Shown: positions 19,170 to 28,369 of the stretch, piece by piece
How positions within the stretch are numbered: the first letter of the stretch is position 1
How the letters are laid out: each line of letters begins with the position of its first letter
Origin: a virus
Lineage: Duplodnaviria; Caudoviricetes
Virus record (IMG/VR): IMGVR_UViG_3300049573_000247
Location: 64,001-128,000 of that record
DNA: 64,000 nt
Reading direction: 5' to 3' (one strand)
Translations under genes and position numbers: made by a program
Notes under the pieces: generated by a model
What the model saw: the letters and a program-made list of their open reading frames with translations, nothing else
Told to the model about the DNA's origin: nothing
The model's database searches: none

Positions 19170-19811
19170 ATGTCGAATTGGGATGAACCGATCGAACTCG
19201 ATGAAGACATCGAGTTGTGGGAGCAGCAGCCGGGCGAGACCGACGAGCAGTACACCTTGTTCAAGATGTACATGAAGCTGTCGCCGCAAGCCGACACGGA
19301 CAGCCGTGAAGTGCTGCCCCGTCGGATCTCCGAACTGTTCGGCAAGACCGACTTCTCCGACCGACACGTCAAGCGCCTCGCACGCCGCTACTGCTGGGAG
19401 GTGCGGGCTCGCGCGAACGACCTCGCGAAGGTCCAGTCCGTGCAAGGCCAGCTCGAACACCACTGGCTCGTCCTGGTCGAGAACCGGTTGAAGCAGCTGT
19501 CGAAGGCCGAAGAGATGATCTTCAAAGCCATGGAAGTGATGCTGCAGGAAGCCGACACATGGAAGCTTCGCGACCTGGTCTTGCTGTGGGAGACATCGGT
19601 GAAGGTCGGCAACGGCATCCTCGGTATGACCCGACTGGGCGGACCCGAGCAGGCTGCCGTCGCGCATGCCATGGCCACCTCCCGCACCGAAGTCACCGTC
19701 GGCGGCGCCGGTGACTCGCTTGACGCCCGCACCATCGAACTTGCCGAGGAACTCCGGCGCAGGGCCGAACTCGCCACCGCTGCCCCGGCACCGGCGATCG
19801 AACAGGACTAG
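19170..19811 (+). CDS. Terminase small subunit-like protein
   Basis: WEQQPGET..QY.LF..Y and W..RA.A.D motifs seen in actinophage TerS-like proteins. Confidence 0.6.
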   Translation: MSNWDEPIELDEDIELWEQQPGETDEQYTLFKMYMKLSPQADTDSREVLPRRISELFGKTDFSDRHVKRLARRYCWEVRARANDLAKVQSVQGQLEHHWLVLVENRLKQLSKAEEMIFKAMEVMLQEADTWKLRDLVLLWETSVKVGNGILGMTRLGGPEQAAVAHAMATSRTEVTVGGAGDSLDARTIELAEELRRRAELATAAPAPAIEQD

Positions 19812-20185
19812 TCGACGACGCGCTGCTGCTGCTCGATGAGTTCGACCAGCGCGCGCAGATCATCAGCGACCGCGCTGGCCCGCTCGGTCAACGTCATGAT
19901 CAGCAGCGCGTTCGGCCGTTTGATGTCAGGGCCGGGAAGGAGCGCCCCGGGTTCGACCTCCAGCGCTTCGGCTACGAGGACGAGATCGGTGACGCTGATC
20001 GGCTGCGAGCCCACTTCCCAGCGGGCGATGCTGACCTGATGGACGCCGACTTCCTCGCCGAGCCGCTCCTGCGTCCACTCGCGCTCTTTACGGACCTGCG
20101 CGATCCGGCGCCCGACCAGCGGCACGATCTGCGTGGCATACCCGGGACGCTTGAACTTGCGCGAGGACATCCGTATCTCCTTCAT
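19808..20185 (-). CDS. XRE/Cro-CI family HTH regulator
   Basis: IAQVRKEREWTQERLGEEVGVHQVSIARWEVG. Confidence 0.9.
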   Translation of the reverse strand: MKEIRMSSRKFKRPGYATQIVPLVGRRIAQVRKEREWTQERLGEEVGVHQVSIARWEVGSQPISVTDLVLVAEALEVEPGALLPGPDIKRPNALLIMTLTERASAVADDLRALVELIEQQQRVVD

Positions 20186-20286
20186 GATGGCGGCGTGGCG
20201 TATTGATCATCGCCGACGACGCCCCGCTACCATCAGCGGGTACTTCATGTTCGGTCTGTCACCCTCACCATGGAACAGGAGCGCCT

Positions 20287-20727
20287 GTGAACCCTTCACG
20301 ACATGACGTCGACCTCCACCTGGACGAGCGGTTGTCTCACGAGCAGCGGCAGGTACTGCGGCGGATGCCGGAAGCGCGGCGGCTGGTGTGGACCGCGCAC
20401 GAGATCGGTCTCAGCCAGTGCCTGGCGTGTTCGAGGAACATGGCGAACCGGGTAGCCGCCTCAACCGAGGCGATGATGGAACTGGCGCGCCTCGCGCACG
20501 CGACTGATCTCGCCCTGGAGAAACCCAGCGCCTACCATGACGGGCTGCCGCACCGGCTCGACGAAGCCGCGCTCCGCGACGACCTCTACCAGGCGTCCGC
20601 AATGCAGCGACGCGACATGGCCGTGCAGGCCCTCCACATGCTCGCCCACGACCTCCCCGCCGCCCGACGAAAGGCAACGCAATGGAAAACGGAACTGGAC
20701 ACGGCTACCGATCCCACTACCGGTTGA
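20287..20727 (+). CDS. Hypothetical CxxC protein
   Basis: CAGGAG RBS then GTG; CLAC motif. Confidence 0.65.
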   Translation: MNPSRHDVDLHLDERLSHEQRQVLRRMPEARRLVWTAHEIGLSQCLACSRNMANRVAASTEAMMELARLAHATDLALEKPSAYHDGLPHRLDEAALRDDLYQASAMQRRDMAVQALHMLAHDLPAARRKATQWKTELDTATDPTTG

Positions 20728-21173
20728 TCGTCGACGGGGACGGCGTCCGCGAAGCCCTCGGCGAAGACCGGCACGTCGCGCTCGCCGAGAACGCGGTCTG
20801 CGCTGAGCTGGACGGGTGCGTGCCCTGCTTCGAAGCGGTCATCGACGACATCGCGGCCGAGCCGACCGCGCTGCTCACCGCGCGCCGGTTCGGCTCGCTC
20901 ATCCTCGGATTCGCCGAAGGCATCACGCCCATCGGGTCAGACGAAGAAGCGCAGGAGCTGCAGATGATCGTGACGCACCTCGCGCAGTCACGTGGCCTCG
21001 CGGCCGAGCTGCTGCAGTTCTGCGCCATGAACATGCTCGCCGCCCACCACGGACACGAAGCACACCCCCACCACGGGCGCAGCGGAGGCGGCGCGAAAAC
21101 GAAGAAGCGGAAAGTCGTGCGCCACCCGAACCCGCGAGTGCGCACGAAAGGCGAACGACGCCAGGACGGCTAA
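20682..21173 (+). CDS. Hypothetical CxxC protein with His/Lys-rich tail
   Basis: CVPC motif; overlaps upstream gene. Confidence 0.65.
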   Translation: MENGTGHGYRSHYRLIVDGDGVREALGEDRHVALAENAVCAELDGCVPCFEAVIDDIAAEPTALLTARRFGSLILGFAEGITPIGSDEEAQELQMIVTHLAQSRGLAAELLQFCAMNMLAAHHGHEAHPHHGRSGGGAKTKKRKVVRHPNPRVRTKGERRQDG

Positions 21174-21586
21174 GGCCGTGGCGGCGTCAGCGAACCGAGG
21201 AACCTGATCTGGTAGATCCGGCACCCGCACGGCTGGTTGACCTCCTCCAAAGAGACCTGGCCGTGGTCGTTAATGTGGTACGCGCCGGTATAGCCGATGA
21301 TGGCCTCGTCGCAGGACTTGCAGCGCGGCGGTAGCTCACCGGAGGCGTCGTCGACACGAGCGCTCCCGAGGCGTTCAGCAACGGCTCGCTGCATCGCATG
21401 CGCCTGGCGGAAGATCAGCACGAGCATGCCGGTCTGCGCCATGACGACGACTGAAGCGACCAGGACGATGATCGCCGTGGCCATGAGCATTGACCCGAAC
21501 ACCTTCGGAGTCCCGGAAGCGAAACCGACAGCCGTCGCCAGCCCCGAGAGCGCCGCAACGGCGGCGAGGAAACGCACTGATTTCAT
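21170..21586 (-). CDS. Membrane protein with C-terminal Zn-ribbon-like motif
   Basis: Two hydrophobic helices; CKSC...PCGC. Confidence 0.65.
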   Translation of the reverse strand: MKSVRFLAAVAALSGLATAVGFASGTPKVFGSMLMATAIIVLVASVVVMAQTGMLVLIFRQAHAMQRAVAERLGSARVDDASGELPPRCKSCDEAIIGYTGAYHINDHGQVSLEEVNQPCGCRIYQIRFLGSLTPPRP

Positions 21587-21642
21587 GAAGGATCATCCTT
21601 GCTGTTCATAGATTCGTCGCAGGCCCAGCAGCAGATTCGCCG

Positions 21643-22545
21643 CTAGCTGAGGGTGTGGAAGACTTTCTCGGCCTTGCGGCAGGACCGCATGAACTCGTTG
21701 ATGCCCATCGTCGTCATCCTCAGCCTGTGCACCATCACCGAGGGCAGCAGCGTCGCCACCGACAAGTGGACGGTCTCATCCTTCCAGTGGTCTTCCACCG
21801 TGGGATCGGCGAACGCGTCGATAATGTCCTCTAGCGCTTCCACCGGGAACTCGCCGTGGAGCAGCTCCATGTCCTCCGCGAGCCGGTCGCGTTCCCCACG
21901 GTCAGGATTACGGCCTTCGAAGAGCATGTGGAGGGCGCCGCTGGCGGCGTTGTAGACCATGACCGACCGCTGGTGAGGCGTTTTCGTGTCATCTTTGAAG
22001 AGCAGCTTCGCGGCGCCATCGGGGTCGACGCAGACCGTCCTGTAGAACTCGGCGTAGTCCTCACCGAACGCCTCGATCATCGACTGGCGTCCCCGCGCGA
22101 AATGGTCCACGGCGTTGCCCACCCAACGGTCGACGTCGGCGTCGGTGAAGGCGGCGACAGCGTAGATGCCGTGCGGAAGAAGAAACGCCGTGCGGCGCAT
22201 GACCGTGGGGTGGATCGAGTCCAGCCGCCGCTGCGCCGCCACCGAATCAGGCGTGAAGCAGCTCTCGATGATCGTGGCCAGCGCGAACGTGTCGACCGGC
22301 TCGTTGAAGATGCGGCGCATGCGGGAGGCGAGGGTCCGGATCTGTGCAGGCTTCGGCATGTTCGGCATGTTCGGCATGTTCGGCATGTTCGGGAAGCCGG
22401 TCATGATGGCCTGCTGGGCGGCGCAGGAGCGGAGCATCGCTTGTTCGTTCGCAGGCCACTGGTCGAGTTCGGTCTCGGCGGCGGCGGGGTCGGTAAGGAT
22501 GAGGCGGAAGAAGCGGACCACGTTGGGGTCGGGTGGGTTGGTCAT
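21643..22545 (-). CDS. Hypothetical helical protein with (PNM)n tract
   Basis: ATG immediately after tRNA-Tyr; two similar halves (F.R.I..DP.AA). Confidence 0.75.
   Translation of the reverse strand: MTNPPDPNVVRFFRLILTDPAAAETELDQWPANEQAMLRSCAAQQAIMTGFPNMPNMPNMPNMPKPAQIRTLASRMRRIFNEPVDTFALATIIESCFTPDSVAAQRRLDSIHPTVMRRTAFLLPHGIYAVAAFTDADVDRWVGNAVDHFARGRQSMIEAFGEDYAEFYRTVCVDPDGAAKLLFKDDTKTPHQRSVMVYNAASGALHMLFEGRNPDRGERDRLAEDMELLHGEFPVEALEDIIDAFADPTVEDHWKDETVHLSVATLLPSVMVHRLRMTTMGINEFMRSCRKAEKVFHTLS
22352..22392. repeat. 9 bp tandem repeat (TTCGGCATG)x4.5
   Basis: Read directly; in frame, encodes PNMPNMPNMPNMP. Confidence 0.95.
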
Positions 22546-22546
22546 G

Positions 22547-22628
22547 TGGACCGGGCAGGATTTGAACCTGCGATGCATGACGCAGCTGGTTTACAGCCAG
22601 CCCCTTTTGGCCGCTCGGGCACCGATCC
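22547..22628 (-). tRNA. tRNA-Tyr(GUA)
   Basis: GGATCGG/CCGGTCC acceptor stem, GCTGG-CTGTAAA-CCAGC anticodon arm, long variable arm, GGTTCAAATCC T-loop; CCA not encoded. Confidence 0.92.
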
Positions 22629-22734
22629 TTGTCGCCCGGCCTTCCCCCACGGATGACCGGGCGCGCCCGCTTTGCGGGGAGTCCTACAGGGGTCGTCGCC
22701 TTGCGGCGGGTCCCCACCGGCCTTCCCCGACAAG
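22629..22734 (-). ncRNA. Candidate structured RNA in tRNA leader
   Basis: Closing stem TTGTCG/CGACAA, GCAA tetraloop hairpin, duplicated GGGGAAGGCCGG. Confidence 0.35.
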
Positions 22735-22880
22735 AAGCGACGTGAGTCTAGCACGCAGTCGGGTGTTTGTGGTGGTCGGCGGCGCCGCGCACAGTGTGTG
22801 AAGCAGACTGCGGCGCCGCCGAAACCGTGTCAGCAGCGTTGCTCGTAACGTGCCCGCAGTGCGGGTTGCCGACATGGCGG

Positions 22881-23144
22881 TTATTCACCCGGAGGTGAGT
22901 ATACGTCGGCTGCGTCGTGAGCGCACGACATGTCTGGGACGTCGCCGTTGATGGCGAAGGTCTCGACCTGGTCGGCGATGCCGCGAATGAACTGGGCGAG
23001 TTCGACCGTGACGATGACCTGGTGGTCGTCGCCGTAGTGCGGGAGGATGGATGCGGGCAGTTGCCCGGCGGCGATGGGGTATTCATCGCCTTCGGGGCCG
23101 CGCATGATCATCGTCCATTCGCCGAGGTTCATTGTGCTCGCCAT
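22881..23144 (-). CDS. Hypothetical protein
   Basis: AGGAG RBS just after the terL stop. Confidence 0.65.
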   Translation of the reverse strand: MASTMNLGEWTMIMRGPEGDEYPIAAGQLPASILPHYGDDHQVIVTVELAQFIRGIADQVETFAINGDVPDMSCAHDAADVYSPPGE

Positions 23145-23152
23145 TGCTGCTC

Positions 23153-24667
23153 CTAGAACAAGTCGGTAGTCGACCAGTCGACGGGGTCGGCGTGGATGCT
23201 GATGCCGATGGGGGGTTCGATGATCTCGCCTCGCCCGTATCCCGATCCTTTGAGGAGTCCCTGGGCGAGGTAGACGGTGGCGTCGATGCGTCCGGGCGAC
23301 TCTCGCGAGCCGGGTTGCCAGGTGGTCCACTGCTGGATGAGTTTGTCGTGTTCGCCTACGAGGCGGATGTCGCCTTGTACCCAGTATTGGGCAACGGGGT
23401 CCGCGCGAATGCGTTTTCCGTATCGGGCGCGAACTTCATCTATTCGGGGGATGGGGACATCGGGCGGAATGGTGCCGTCCTCCTCCAGATCGGACCATGC
23501 CGACTGGATCTGGAGTTTGCACATCTCGCCGCCGAAGTTCGTCTCCACGAAGATGACGTCGGCAGTCAGCTCGTAGGACATGAGAGCGACCTCGCGGGCC
23601 CACTCGGTGGGTGAGGCCTGTCGGGATTTGTCGTGGGTGATGTAGCAGCGGTGGTCGTCGCCGAGGAATCCGGCGACGATTCCGGCTTCGTCGCCGCCTG
23701 CGGTGCCGGAGGGGTCGACGGCGACGGCGACACGCAGTTTGTCGGGGAGCGGTTCCCCGGGGCGGTGCCGGGAGGCTTCGATCTGTTCGAGGTTGAGGAG
23801 TGCGCCTTCGGCGGGCTGGGGGTCGCATTGGAAGAGCGCGAACCAGTCGCGTTTGGACAGCGAGGATTGGAGGCCGCCCCAGTGGGCGAGGAGCGCGTTC
23901 GTGTCATCGTGGGGGATTTTGGGGTGGCCGAGGGGTTCGCCGAGGGCGCGGCCGAGCGGGTCGTTGGATTCGACGGCGATCGCGGGGAGGCGGATGACGT
24001 CCCATTCGTCGCCTTCGCGTTTGAGGAGGCGACCGGCTATGTCGTCTTCATGCCAGCGGGTGAGCACGAGGACGATGGGGGCGCCGGGTGAGCCTCGGGT
24101 GAGGAAGGTGGAGGTCCACCAGTGGTCGACGGCGTCGCGGAACAGCTTCGATTCCGCTTCTTCACGGTCTTTGTGGGGGTCGTCGCAGATGAGGAGATCG
24201 CCGTCATGGCCTGTCAGACCCGAACCGACACCGACAGTTTTCATGCCGCCGCCGGTAGTGAGCTTCCAGGCTTGGGCGGTGCGTGCTTCGGGAGAGATGG
24301 TGAGGCCGAGCTTGTGGCCGTGCTCGCGGACGGCCTTGCGGACGTCGCGGCCCCAGTTTTTGGCGAGGTCGGAGCCGTAGGCGGCGGCGACGACCTGGTG
24401 ATGGGGGTGGTGGGCGAGCCACCACAGCGGGAATTTCTTGGTGACCAGCTCGCTTTTGCCGGTGCGCGGCGGCGCGAAGATCATGATCTTGCGTTTGCCG
24501 CCGGGTTGGCGCAGCCGTGCGAGGCGCTCGCCGATGAGTCGGTGGTGGGGGCAGATCTGGTAGCGGGGTTCGAGCCACGCGCCGAGGCTGGCGGGATCGT
24601 GGAGCGCCTGGACGCGCGCGGCGTAGGCGTACAGCTCCGCGTCAGACAGCTTCGAAAGATCCGGCAT
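23153..24667 (-). CDS. terL: Terminase large subunit
   Basis: Walker A APPRTGKS, Walker B LLICDDP, motif III LTRWHEDD, RNase H-like VAVDPS and terminal D.ID. Confidence 0.95.
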   Translation of the reverse strand: MPDLSKLSDAELYAYAARVQALHDPASLGAWLEPRYQICPHHRLIGERLARLRQPGGKRKIMIFAPPRTGKSELVTKKFPLWWLAHHPHHQVVAAAYGSDLAKNWGRDVRKAVREHGHKLGLTISPEARTAQAWKLTTGGGMKTVGVGSGLTGHDGDLLICDDPHKDREEAESKLFRDAVDHWWTSTFLTRGSPGAPIVLVLTRWHEDDIAGRLLKREGDEWDVIRLPAIAVESNDPLGRALGEPLGHPKIPHDDTNALLAHWGGLQSSLSKRDWFALFQCDPQPAEGALLNLEQIEASRHRPGEPLPDKLRVAVAVDPSGTAGGDEAGIVAGFLGDDHRCYITHDKSRQASPTEWAREVALMSYELTADVIFVETNFGGEMCKLQIQSAWSDLEEDGTIPPDVPIPRIDEVRARYGKRIRADPVAQYWVQGDIRLVGEHDKLIQQWTTWQPGSRESPGRIDATVYLAQGLLKGSGYGRGEIIEPPIGISIHADPVDWSTTDLF

Positions 24668-24709
24668 AACCCGAATCTACCTGAATGTCCGTTTCATTCA
24701 GCTATGAGA

Positions 24710-25040
24710 GTTCTGCGCCGCGCTGCTATCGCGCTTCGAGCCATGAAGCAGCGCGGCGCAGAACCACACAGGCCCCCCGGGACGACAGACCCCTCCTGTG
24801 CGCTGTAGTGCGGCCGTGTCCGATGCACGCCGCACGCGGCAAGTACCCACCTTGCAGTCTGCGATTGCGCCGGGTCACCCCGTCTGTCCAACGGGGCCTT
24901 CGGAACCTCCGATGCTACCTGGAGGTGTGGCCTCACTGGTACGCGCGTCACTTCGTACCGTACGGAGCGTCTCCGCTAACGTCCGCCTCTCCTGTGGCCC
25001 AGGGGGAGGCGACTGGCGGTGAAGCCACATGTGCCAGCTG
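24710..25040 (-). ncRNA. Candidate large structured RNA upstream of terL
   Basis: No credible ORF; at least 6 nested stems; TATAAA upstream; 18 bp terminal hairpin 24710-24764. Confidence 0.45.
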
Positions 25041-25046
25041 CCTGTT

Positions 25047-25289
25047 TTATAGCATCCCGTCGGCGCCGTCGCTCAACCACAGCCCGAACCCGATGGTGCC
25101 CTCAGCGTGGCCACTGGAGTGCCTGACCATCCACGCCAGTGCGGCCTCGCGCGTGGGGGCGGTGGCGCAGGCGCTGCACGATGCGCGTCCCTGGCAGCAG
25201 ATGACCACCGGGTAGCAGTAGCCGATGTCGTCCAGCAGCCGGTTGAACGACCACAGCGGCGTGCCCGCGATCAGCGCATCAGGGTTCAT
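25047..25289 (-). CDS. Small Cys/His-rich protein
   Basis: MNPDALI...CC...CSAC...H...H. Confidence 0.55.
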   Translation of the reverse strand: MNPDALIAGTPLWSFNRLLDDIGYCYPVVICCQGRASCSACATAPTREAALAWMVRHSSGHAEGTIGFGLWLSDGADGML

Positions 25290-25638
25290 GGCCTGATGGT
25301 AGTGGGGGCGGCGGGGCCGCGAGGTCGTCTTCGCCGATGAAGTACGCGCGCGGCGCGGTCCACCATGCGATCGGTTGGCCGCTGTCACCGGTGAACGGCG
25401 GATCGCCGTAGAGCACGAACACGCCAGGCACCACCGTGATGTACCCCTGCGGTGCGTCGGAGCCGTAGTCGTCCCTGTCGCGGCGTCCGACGTGGATCTG
25501 GATGCCTGCATCGAGCTTGCCTTCGACATCGGTGGCCCAGTCGGCCAGGCGCAGCATCAGCCGCGACTTCAGATCGGGAGGGCACACCAGCGTGATCGGT
25601 GGCTGGGACAGATAGGAGTCGTCGATCTGCTCGCTCAC
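25279..25638 (-). CDS. Hypothetical protein
   Basis: GTGA overlap with upstream gene, GGAG RBS. Confidence 0.6.
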   Translation of the reverse strand: MSEQIDDSYLSQPPITLVCPPDLKSRLMLRLADWATDVEGKLDAGIQIHVGRRDRDDYGSDAPQGYITVVPGVFVLYGDPPFTGDSGQPIAWWTAPRAYFIGEDDLAAPPPPLPSGHEP

Positions 25639-25982
25639 ACGGTCTCCAGGTCGTCGGGGAAGTCGGCGGCGGTGATCGTGAACGAGGGACCGCGCAGCAG
25701 CTTGTGCCACCAGCGCCACCGGATTGTTCTGCCCCGCGACGTGAACGGCAGCGGCCCGTACTGGTCGAGCATCGGTGCCTCCACGGTCCAGTAGGCCATG
25801 CTGCGGCAGCCGCAGGAGGAGGCGGTGCGCAGGTGCAGGCGCGCATCGGTGCGGCCCTCGGGCGTAGCGCACCACGAGACCAGCGCCTGCGCGAGGCGCT
25901 GCTTCACTGCGTCGTCCTGCGGCAGCAGTTCGATCAGGCGCGGATCGCGGCGCACCGGTGCGGGGAGCGCCGGGTCTCTCAT
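25635..25982 (-). CDS. Hypothetical protein
   Basis: ATGA overlap with HIT gene. Confidence 0.6.
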   Translation of the reverse strand: MRDPALPAPVRRDPRLIELLPQDDAVKQRLAQALVSWCATPEGRTDARLHLRTASSCGCRSMAYWTVEAPMLDQYGPLPFTSRGRTIRWRWWHKLLRGPSFTITAADFPDDLETV

Positions 25983-26401
25983 CGCTGCTCCGTGTCGGCA
26001 GGGACGGGTGTCCATGGCAGCGCGATATCGTCGCCGTCGCTTCTGGGAAGGTAATGCAGATGCAGGTGGTCGACGGTCTGGGTCGCTTCGGCGCCGATGT
26101 TGATGATGAGGTTGAACGGCTTGCGCTGGGCCAGGGCGTACTGCCATGCGGCCATCCACATGTACGCGGTCGGCGAGTGGCTGACAGCGACCCCGTGGTC
26201 TCTGGTGACGTGCAGGCGCGGGATGAACAGCACGTGACCCTCAACCCGGGGGTTGAGGGGGACGATCGCGATGGCGTTGGTGAACTTCGCGACGACCTGG
26301 GCCGGTGCTTGACCGGTGATGATGCGGCAGAACGGGCACGGGCCGTCGACGCGGGCGTCCACCTCGTTCTTGCTCGCTGCTTGACTGGACGCCCGCGTCA
26401 T
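25979..26401 (-). CDS. HIT family nucleotide hydrolase
   Basis: CPFCRII, GHVLFIPRLH, QTVDHLHLHYLPR histidine triad. Confidence 0.92.
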   Translation of the reverse strand: MTRASSQAASKNEVDARVDGPCPFCRIITGQAPAQVVAKFTNAIAIVPLNPRVEGHVLFIPRLHVTRDHGVAVSHSPTAYMWMAAWQYALAQRKPFNLIINIGAEATQTVDHLHLHYLPRSDGDDIALPWTPVPADTEQR

Positions 26402-26850
26402 GCTCCTGCTTCCACAGTGTATCCGATGGATTCTCGTGTCCACATCGAACACGGGCCGGTGGTGTCGATGAGGTGCTGTTCGCCCGGCGGGACGATGCCG
26501 CCGGTGGCCAGCTGATGGCGCTGGCGCCGCGCGCAGGCGGCGATGCCGACCTCGGGGCGCTCACCGGTGCGACGCTGGCGGGCGAGGTACTGCTTCGCGC
26601 GGCGACGCTCAGCTTTGGTCGTGCGCGCCTGGGGCATGAGCCCGGCAGCACGCAGCTGTGGTTCGAGAACATCGGACAGGCAGGCGGACAACTCGCTGAA
26701 GGAGGCCTGCAGGCCCTCGACGGCGTCAGCGAGGGACTGCCCCACGGTGTGCATGTACGCCTGCAAGGACGTGAACGGAAGATCGGTATCGGTCACCGAC
26801 CTATATTCGCGCACAGCGGCACCGAAATCAGGGATAGAACAGCTTCGCAA
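26398..26850 (-). CDS. Hypothetical protein
   Basis: Stop overlaps HIT start; true start likely internal. Confidence 0.5.
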   Translation of the reverse strand: MRSCSIPDFGAAVREYRSVTDTDLPFTSLQAYMHTVGQSLADAVEGLQASFSELSACLSDVLEPQLRAAGLMPQARTTKAERRRAKQYLARQRRTGERPEVGIAACARRQRHQLATGGIVPPGEQHLIDTTGPCSMWTRESIGYTVEAGA

Positions 26851-27391
26851 CGCGCAGCGCTGCCCGCTTGCACTTGCGGGCCGCTCGTATCTGGCCGCTG
26901 TTACTGGTGACGACCGCTTTTATGAACGCGCCGTCGGGGTCGTAGTGCATCTCCATGAGCTTGGCGTGGTCGGTGTCCTCGTCGAACAGCCAGAAGTCAT
27001 GGCCCATCTTGCGGACGTGCTTGATCCACTGCCCCGGTTCGACCCACGCGATGCGGATGTTCTCCCCGGCCGCCTTGGTTTCGGCGTAGACGGCCAGCTC
27101 GAACCGGAGGTAGTCGTTGAGCGCCAGTCTCCCGGTCTCGTCGGTGGTGCGCTCGATGACGTGCACGCGTCCGATGTCGCGGCCGTGCTCCACGGCAGGC
27201 GCGATGACGTTCTCGATCCACGGCTTGACGTGGCTCATGTCCCTATCGCCTGCGAGGAATCGTTCGAAGGCGTCCTGTTCGTAGCCGACGTCGTAAGCCT
27301 GGAGGGTCTCCAGGCGCCACGCCGAGTCGGTAAAGCCGGTGAAGTACGCCTCGAATTCCGGGTCATCGAGGCTCGTGATCGTTGTCGGCAT
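26828..27391 (-). CDS. DUF6879-like protein
   Basis: SAWRLETLQAY.V..E...F..FLAG; IGRVHVI; YLRFEL; DFWLFD. Confidence 0.8.
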   Translation of the reverse strand: MPTTITSLDDPEFEAYFTGFTDSAWRLETLQAYDVGYEQDAFERFLAGDRDMSHVKPWIENVIAPAVEHGRDIGRVHVIERTTDETGRLALNDYLRFELAVYAETKAAGENIRIAWVEPGQWIKHVRKMGHDFWLFDEDTDHAKLMEMHYDPDGAFIKAVVTSNSGQIRAARKCKRAALRVAKLFYP

Positions 27392-27406
27392 CGTGGTGCT
27401 TTCTGG

Positions 27407-27736
27407 TTAGGGCCTGCGCCAGCGCTCCCGGATGCGGGCGGCCATGCGCATTCGCCTGCCTGATCCGCCGCATGCATCGCACATGGTGAACGTTTTCTTC
27501 CAGATGTACTTGGCGAAGTGCTTGCCTCGGCCTTTGCAGACTCGGCACGGTTTTTGGTCGCGGATGAAGGCGCCGTGGACGAACCAGACGATAACAAAGG
27601 CAATGGCGGCAATGATGACGGCGGTGCGCAGCTGCGGATAGTCGACCAGGAGTTCCCAGATGATGAGTCCGATGTCGCGCAGGATGCTCCCGATGGCGAG
27701 GGCGAAGGTGCCCAGCGCTGGCCAGAGGTCGCTCAT
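27407..27736 (-). CDS. Membrane protein with DnaJ-type Zn finger
   Basis: TM helices plus CRVCKGRG and CDACGGSG. Confidence 0.75.
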   Translation of the reverse strand: MSDLWPALGTFALAIGSILRDIGLIIWELLVDYPQLRTAVIIAAIAFVIVWFVHGAFIRDQKPCRVCKGRGKHFAKYIWKKTFTMCDACGGSGRRMRMAARIRERWRRP

Positions 27737-27737
27737 G

Positions 27738-28232
27738 TCACCGTGTGGTCTGGGCGTTGGTGATCTGCTCAGCTGCTTGTTCGAGCTGGGCGATCACCGC
27801 TTTCGTGCCTTCGACGCCGTCGTCGAGCTGCGGCAGCATGGCCATGATCGAGGCGACGGCGGTGTTCTTGGCCTCTTCGACGGCTCCGGTGAGGGTGGCG
27901 AAGAAGTCGTTCGCGGCACCGGCATTGCTGACCGCGTTCTGGCAGGCCTCCTGTGCGGCCAGCACGAATGGCAGTGTGCCCTGTCCGGCGCTGGTCGTGG
28001 CCGAGACGTGCTCTTCGGCGGGGCCGATGGTGGCATCGACTGAACCCTTGGTCGCGTCGGCCTGCGCTGCAAGCGAGGTGACCAAGCCCTGGAGTTCGCT
28101 GAAGGCGGCGATGACGGCTCCGGCGGTGGCCTCGGCGGTGGTTTTGAGGTGCTGTTCGCTCTGCGTGGCGAGGGCCTGCGCTTCTGCGGTAGCGGCTGTC
28201 ACGGCGGCGGCGTGGTCTTCGGAGGCGCTCAT
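27738..28232 (-). CDS. Ala-rich helical protein
   Basis: GAAAGGA RBS; amphipathic helical repeats. Confidence 0.7.
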   Translation of the reverse strand: MSASEDHAAAVTAATAEAQALATQSEQHLKTTAEATAGAVIAAFSELQGLVTSLAAQADATKGSVDATIGPAEEHVSATTSAGQGTLPFVLAAQEACQNAVSNAGAANDFFATLTGAVEEAKNTAVASIMAMLPQLDDGVEGTKAVIAQLEQAAEQITNAQTTR

Positions 28233-28369
28233 GAACATCCTTTCGGTGCTGGGTGATTCGTGAGGATATCCCACGTCCTCATGGGACCGGTTTTCGCCCG
28301 ATACCAGAGACAAGTACGTTTTTGAACTAGTTCGTCGTGCATTTACACTTTTGTCCGGTTTATGCTGTT

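Noticed and set aside
24710-25040. RNase P RNA, tmRNA or SRP identity for the structured region
   Set aside because: Hallmark sequences (GAGGAAAGUCC, tRNA-like ends, SRP loop) are not found
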